This document shows positions 26,436 through 32,000 of a stretch of DNA of 32,000 nucleotides, piece after piece. Within the stretch, counting starts at the first letter, position 1. Each line of letters opens with the position of its first letter. This DNA comes from Escherichia coli. Its GTDB lineage: Bacteria; Pseudomonadota; Gammaproteobacteria; Enterobacterales; Enterobacteriaceae. Below the pieces are notes generated by a model. It saw nothing but the letters and a program-made list of their open reading frames with translations. It made no database searches and was not told where the DNA came from. The stretch is taken from assembly GCF_017639005.1 (NCBI RefSeq), contig NZ_CP067241.1; one strand, written 5' to 3'. The position numbers and the translations under genes were made by a program.

Positions 26436-27239
26436 TTATGCTGGCAACGGTCCGTTTTGTATAGGGACCGTTGCCTTACTTTTTAAATGTTCCATCGCGG
26501 CGATGCATACTGACTCATATTGAAACAGATCGTCAGCGAAAAAAATGGCCAACTTATCAATACATTCCTGGCTCAATGAATGTGCCTGTAGCGAGAAGCT
26601 TAAAACCTCATACCCGAGACGTTTTCTAAGTGAACTATCTGGAATACTCATAATATCTTCAAGCACACCATTTCCTATTCCCGGAAGATTTAGTGGATTA
26701 AAAAGAAGACTGATATTAAGCATTGATATTATCGAAGGAAACTTTAGGAGACTCTCATTTTTTTGAATCGCAGCAAAAATGCTCCCGACAGGATGTATAT
26801 AATTTTGTTCATAGTATATAGTCCTTAAATAGTGAATAACCAACCTGTTTTTTATATTGATCAAATTGGTCATTTTTTCTGGGCGAAATACAGAAGTGAC
26901 ATCCATTCCAATAAAATCTTTATTTATACCTCTTATCCGAATTTCACTACCATAAAGATTATTAATTATTACTCTATATTTAACATTGTCCTGCAGATAT
27001 GTATCAAAACTAAGTGCTGGCGCTCCTGGCTTTGAGGCATCATAGTTAATGTTAGACATATAGGCAATCATATAATTAAAGTTTGATTCTGCTATTTCAT
27101 CGCAGTCACATTGACCCGTTGATATAAAGAAAGTGAGTGCTGTCATAGTAGACTGCAGCCTTTCTTTAAAAGAGTCGAAAGCCAGGCTTTTAATATTTAA
27201 ATCACCATAATTACTCTGTATTAAGTTTGTAGAAAGCAT
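26436..27239 (-). CDS. ydjO: Uncharacterised AT-rich orphan protein YdjO
   Basis: 267-aa from MLSTNLIQSNYGDLNIKSLAFDSF...; the track start at 27251 adds MRRE. Strongly AT-rich compared with neighbours. Confidence 0.8.
   Translation of the reverse strand: MLSTNLIQSNYGDLNIKSLAFDSFKERLQSTMTALTFFISTGQCDCDEIAESNFNYMIAYMSNINYDASKPGAPALSFDTYLQDNVKYRVIINNLYGSEIRIRGINKDFIGMDVTSVFRPEKMTNLINIKNRLVIHYLRTIYYEQNYIHPVGSIFAAIQKNESLLKFPSIISMLNISLLFNPLNLPGIGNGVLEDIMSIPDSSLRKRLGYEVLSFSLQAHSLSQECIDKLAIFFADDLFQYESVCIAAMEHLKSKATVPIQNGPLPA
26443..26475 (+). terminator. Intrinsic terminator after tcyP
   Basis: GGCAACGGTCC-(11 nt)-GGACCGTTGCC followed by TTACTTTTT; 11-bp perfect stem. Confidence 0.85.
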
Positions 27240-27527
27240 CTCCCGCCTCATATTGTTAACAAAATTATTATCTCATTTAAATCTAAGTCATTTACAATAT
27301 AAGTTTAAGAGCGACGCCACAGGATGAACTATCAAAAATAGCTCATCATGATTAGCAAAACTTAACCATTTTAAAATAAATAAACAATTAAAGAAAAAAG
27401 TTCACTTATTTATAGCAATAGATCGTCAAAGGCAGCTTTTTGTTACAGGTGGTTTGAATGAATGTAGCAATGAAATACAAAATTTCAGGCCATGTAACTC
27501 CCGACAAAACCGGGAGGTACGTAATCT

Positions 27528-27770
27528 TTACTCAGTCACTTCCCCTTCCTGGCGGATCTGATTTGCCCAACGCTGGGCGGATTCAGGCACAGTAAACGCC
27601 GGTGAGCGCATAAATGACTCCCCCATCAGTACAAACGCAACATATTTGCCACGCAGCATCCAGACATCACGAAACGAATCCATCTTTATCGCATGTTCTG
27701 GCGGCGCGGGTTCCGTGCGTGGGACATAGCTAATAATCTGGCGGTTTTGCTGACGGAGCGGTTTCTTCAT
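27528..27770 (-). CDS. cedA: Cell division modulator CedA
   Basis: 80-aa MKKPLRQQNRQIISYVPRTEPAPPEHAIKMDSFRDVWMLRGKYVAFVLMGESF...; the track start at 27791 adds 7 residues. Confidence 0.9.
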   Translation of the reverse strand: MKKPLRQQNRQIISYVPRTEPAPPEHAIKMDSFRDVWMLRGKYVAFVLMGESFMRSPAFTVPESAQRWANQIRQEGEVTE

Positions 27771-27906
27771 TACTGGCTTCACTAAACGCATATTAAAAAT
27801 CAGAAAAACTGTAGTTTAGCCGATTTAGCCCCTGTACGTCCTGCTTTGCGTGTATTTCATAACACCGTTTCCAGAATAGTCTCCGAAGCGGGATCTGACT
27901 GGTGGT

Positions 27907-27913
27907 CTATAGT
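27907..27913 (+). promoter_or_regulatory. Candidate -10 element of the RpoS-dependent katE promoter
   Basis: CTATAGT about 60 bp upstream of katE; katE is a classic RpoS gene. Confidence 0.4.
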
Positions 27914-27973
27914 TAGAGGGTTTTTTGACCAAAACAGCGGCCCTTTCAGTAATAATTTAAGGAGACGAGTTCA

Positions 27974-30235
27974 ATGTCGCAACATAACGAAAAGAACCCA
28001 CATCAGCACCAGTCACCACTACACGATTCCAGCGAAGCGAAACCGGGGATGGACTCACTGGCACCTGAAGACGGATCTCATCGTCCAGCGGCTGAACCAA
28101 CACCGCCAGGTGCACAGCCTACCGCCCCTGGGAGCCTGAAAGCCCCTGATACGCGTAACGAAAAACTTAATTCTCTGGAAGACGTACGCAAAGGCAGTGA
28201 AAATTATGCGCTGACCACTAATCAGGGCGTGCGCATCGCCGACGATCAAAACTCACTGCGTGCCGGTAACCGTGGTCCAACGCTGCTGGAAGATTTTATT
28301 CTGCGCGAGAAAATCACCCACTTTGACCATGAGCGCATCCCGGAACGTATTGTTCATGCACGCGGATCAGCCGCTCACGGTTATTTCCAGCCATATAAAA
28401 GCTTAAGCGATATTACCAAAGCGGATTTCCTCTCAGATCCGAACAAAATCACCCCAGTATTTGTACGTTTCTCTACCGTTCAGGGTGGTGCTGGCTCTGC
28501 CGATACCGTGCGTGATATCCGTGGCTTTGCCACCAAGTTCTATACCGAAGAGGGTATTTTTGACCTTGTTGGCAATAACACGCCAATCTTCTTTATCCAG
28601 GATGCGCATAAATTCCCTGATTTTGTGCATGCGGTAAAACCAGAACCACACTGGGCAATTCCACAAGGGCAAAGCGCCCACGATACTTTCTGGGATTATG
28701 TTTCTCTGCAACCTGAAACTCTGCACAACGTGATGTGGGCGATGTCGGATCGCGGTATCCCGCGCAGTTACCGCACCATGGAAGGCTTCGGTATTCACAC
28801 CTTCCGCCTGATTAATGCCGAAGGGAAGGCAACGTTCGTACGTTTCCACTGGAAACCACTGGCAGGTAAAGCCTCACTCGTTTGGGATGAAGCACAAAAA
28901 CTAACCGGACGTGACCCGGACTTCCACCGCCGCGAGTTGTGGGAAGCGATTGAAGCAGGCGATTTTCCGGAATACGAACTGGGCTTCCAGTTGATTCCTG
29001 AGGAAGATGAATTTAAGTTCGACTTCGACCTTCTTGATCCAACTAAACTTATCCCGGAAGAACTGGTGCCCGTTCAGCGTGTCGGCAAAATGGTGCTCAA
29101 TCGCAATCCGGATAACTTCTTTGCCGAAAACGAACAAGCAGCATTCCATCCAGGTCATATTGTTCCTGGTCTGGACTTCACCAACGATCCGCTGTTGCAG
29201 GGGCGTTTGTTCTCTTATACCGATACACAAATCAGTCGTCTTGGCGGACCAAATTTCCATGAGATTCCGATTAACCGCCCGACCTGCCCTTACCATAATT
29301 TCCAGCGTGACGGCATGCATCGTATGGGGATCGACACTAACCCGGCGAATTATGAACCGAACTCGATCAACGATAACTGGCCGCGCGAAACACCGCCGGG
29401 GCCGAAACGCGGCGGTTTTGAATCATACCAGGAGCGCGTGGAAGGCAATAAAGTTCGCGAGCGCAGCCCATCGTTTGGCGAATATTATTCCCATCCGCGT
29501 CTGTTCTGGCTAAGTCAGACGCCATTCGAGCAGCGCCATATTGTCGATGGTTTCAGTTTTGAGTTAAGCAAAGTAGTTCGTCCGTATATTCGTGAGCGCG
29601 TTGTTGACCAGCTGGCACATATTGATCTCACTCTGGCCCAGGCGGTGGCGAAAAATCTCGGTATCGAGCTGACGGACGACCAGCTGAATATCACCCCGCC
29701 TCCGGACGTCAACGGTCTGAAAAAGGATCCATCCTTAAGTTTGTACGCCATTCCTGACGGTGATGTGAAAGGTCGCGTGGTAGCGATTTTACTTAATGAT
29801 GAAGTGAGATCGGCAGACCTTCTGACCATTCTCAAGGCGCTGAAGGCCAAAGGCGTTCATGCCAAACTGCTCTACTCCCGAATGGGTGAAGTGACTGCGG
29901 ATGACGGTACGGTGTTGCCTATAGCCGCTACCTTTGCCGGTGCACCTTCGCTGACGGTCGATGCGGTCATTGTCCCTTGCGGCAATATCGCGGATATCGC
30001 TGACAACGGCGATGCCAACTACTACCTGATGGAAGCCTACAAACACCTTAAACCGATTGCGCTGGCGGGAGACGCGCGCAAGTTTAAAGCAACAATCAAG
30101 GTCGCTGACAAGGGTGAAGAAGGGATTGTGGAAGCTGACAGCGCCGACGGTAGTTTTATGGATGAACTGTTAACGCTGATGGCAGCACACCGCGTGTGGT
30201 CACGCATTCCTAAGATTGACAAAATCCCGGCGTAA
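27974..30235 (+). CDS. katE: Catalase HPII
   Basis: 753-aa [36 protein letters not shown]...; catalase core [17 protein letters not shown]. Confidence 0.98.
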   Translation: MSQHNEKNPHQHQSPLHDSSEAKPGMDSLAPEDGSHRPAAEPTPPGAQPTAPGSLKAPDTRNEKLNSLEDVRKGSENYALTTNQGVRIADDQNSLRAGNRGPTLLEDFILREKITHFDHERIPERIVHARGSAAHGYFQPYKSLSDITKADFLSDPNKITPVFVRFSTVQGGAGSADTVRDIRGFATKFYTEEGIFDLVGNNTPIFFIQDAHKFPDFVHAVKPEPHWAIPQGQSAHDTFWDYVSLQPETLHNVMWAMSDRGIPRSYRTMEGFGIHTFRLINAEGKATFVRFHWKPLAGKASLVWDEAQKLTGRDPDFHRRELWEAIEAGDFPEYELGFQLIPEEDEFKFDFDLLDPTKLIPEELVPVQRVGKMVLNRNPDNFFAENEQAAFHPGHIVPGLDFTNDPLLQGRLFSYTDTQISRLGGPNFHEIPINRPTCPYHNFQRDGMHRMGIDTNPANYEPNSINDNWPRETPPGPKRGGFESYQERVEGNKVRERSPSFGEYYSHPRLFWLSQTPFEQRHIVDGFSFELSKVVRPYIRERVVDQLAHIDLTLAQAVAKNLGIELTDDQLNITPPPDVNGLKKDPSLSLYAIPDGDVKGRVVAILLNDEVRSADLLTILKALKAKGVHAKLLYSRMGEVTADDGTVLPIAATFAGAPSLTVDAVIVPCGNIADIADNGDANYYLMEAYKHLKPIALAGDARKFKATIKVADKGEEGIVEADSADGSFMDELLTLMAAHRVWSRIPKIDKIPA

Positions 30236-30242
30236 ATATGGA

Positions 30243-30272
30243 TAAGGTCACGCCCCCTGGGGAGTGACCTTA
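30243..30272. terminator. Bidirectional hairpin between convergent katE and chbG
   Basis: TAAGGTCAC-G-CCCC-CT-GGGG-A-GTGACCTTA. Confidence 0.7.
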
Positions 30273-30281
30273 CCACCTTAC

Positions 30282-31052
<771 letters not shown>

Positions 31053-32000
31053 TTAATGTGCTTTTTTAAGCTCTGCGATGCAGTCGGCAAAATTTGGCAA
31101 CCATTTCTCGTGCGCCAGAATCATCTCGCGTGCCAGCAGCTCAGCATCGCGATCGGAATGCACCAACGGACTAAGGTTTAGGGCCAGTAACACATCGTTA
31201 AACTCTCCGCTAAGTGCGGCGTTGCTGGCAGCAATCTCGAAGCCTTTAATGGTGTGAATCAGCCCCATCACTTTATCATCGAAATGCGTAATGCGCGGAT
31301 GTGGCGTCGCGCCATCGCGCCCCAGCGTACAGGTCATTTCTACCGCCCAGTCTGCCGGAATATTATCAATATGCCCATGATGCGGGATATTAACGTAATG
31401 TTCAGCTTGCTTGTCGTTGTAGATAGCGTTGATCACTTCGCACGCTGCATCAGAGTAATAAGCCCCACCGCGCTGTTCCAGTTCTTTCGGCTTAACTTTC
31501 AACTCCGGGTTTTTATATAGCTCAAAAAGTTGTTTCTCGACTTTCTGTACTACCTGCGCTCGTGCGCCGCCTTTGTAGTATTCGCCCATTTCAATAGCCA
31601 GCATCTCTTTTTGCTTGAAGTAATAAAGCAAATAAGAACACGGCAACAGATTCAGAGAACGAATTAAGCCTTCGCTAAATGGCAGATCGAAAATATTTTT
31701 AACGCCAGATGCTTTTAACTGCCCGGATGCCACACCATCAAGCAATTCGGCAAAGCGTGATTTGCCATTTACCAGCACATCTTTAATGAACACCATATGG
31801 TTGAGGCCGAACAGATCGATAGATAAATCATCGCTGTCTTTCAGCATCAGAACATCGCGAATAAACATCTTCATGCCTATCGGAATATTACACACGCCGA
31901 TAAAGCGTTTAAATCCGGTATGACGATAAACGGCTTCAGTGACCATTCCCGCCGGGTTAGTGAAGTTAATCACCCATGCATTCGGACAAAGTTCTTCGAC
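31053..32000 (-). CDS. chbF: 6-phospho-beta-glucosidase (glycosyl hydrolase family 4), C-terminal 315 residues (partial, runs off the right edge)
   Basis: The frame stays open to base 32000 (VEELCPNAWVINFTNPAGMVTEAVYRHTGFKRF...IAELKKAH). The track start at 31973 is an internal GTG, not the true start. Confidence 0.95.
   Translation of the reverse strand, partial: VEELCPNAWVINFTNPAGMVTEAVYRHTGFKRFIGVCNIPIGMKMFIRDVLMLKDSDDLSIDLFGLNHMVFIKDVLVNGKSRFAELLDGVASGQLKASGVKNIFDLPFSEGLIRSLNLLPCSYLLYYFKQKEMLAIEMGEYYKGGARAQVVQKVEKQLFELYKNPELKVKPKELEQRGGAYYSDAACEVINAIYNDKQAEHYVNIPHHGHIDNIPADWAVEMTCTLGRDGATPHPRITHFDDKVMGLIHTIKGFEIAASNAALSGEFNDVLLALNLSPLVHSDRDAELLAREMILAHEKWLPNFADCIAELKKAH

Noticed and set aside
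27252-27527. Possible sRNA or second small gene in the ydjO-cedA gap
   Set aside because: AT-rich spacer without a strong terminator hairpin, convincing promoter pair or meaningful ORF; not supportable from sequence alone.
29007-29513. 168-aa plus-strand ORF inside katE
   Set aside because: Alternative frame of katE; katE itself is intact and unmistakable.
31254-31520. 88-aa plus-strand ORF inside chbF
   Set aside because: Antisense to chbF; no independent evidence.

Overview
This window looks like ordinary Escherichia coli/Shigella-type core chromosome with conserved gene order: ppsA(partial)-ppsR(ydiA)-aroH-ydiE-selO(ydiU)-ydiV-nlpC-btuD-btuE-btuC-ihfA-pheT-pheS-pheM-rplT-rpmI-infC-thrS | arpB-yniD-ydiY-pfkB-ydiZ-yniA-yniB-yniC-ydjM-tcyP(ydjN)-ydjO-cedA-katE-chbG-chbF(partial). 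Identifications come from recognising protein sequences and gene order from memory; no database search was run. I see no CRISPR array, tRNA/rRNA, prophage or IS element. Regulatory elements readable in the sequence include the pheM attenuator, TrpR operator, Fur-like box, tandem LexA boxes, thrS operator and several intrinsic terminators. Two AT-rich accessory islands stand out. (1) arpB (17207-19105) is an uninterrupted 632-aa reading frame, although I recall it as a pseudogene in K-12 MG1655. It has a C-terminal array of ankyrin-like repeats with an exact 48-residue period. Its N-terminal half contains a possible Cys...His...YDPN module resembling the EspL/OspD/ShET2-type cysteine-protease effector family; this link is inference. 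(2) ydjO is an orphan gene whose last codons are formed by the tcyP terminator hairpin. I cannot support a completely new multi-gene system here. The intact ArpB is the best lead.
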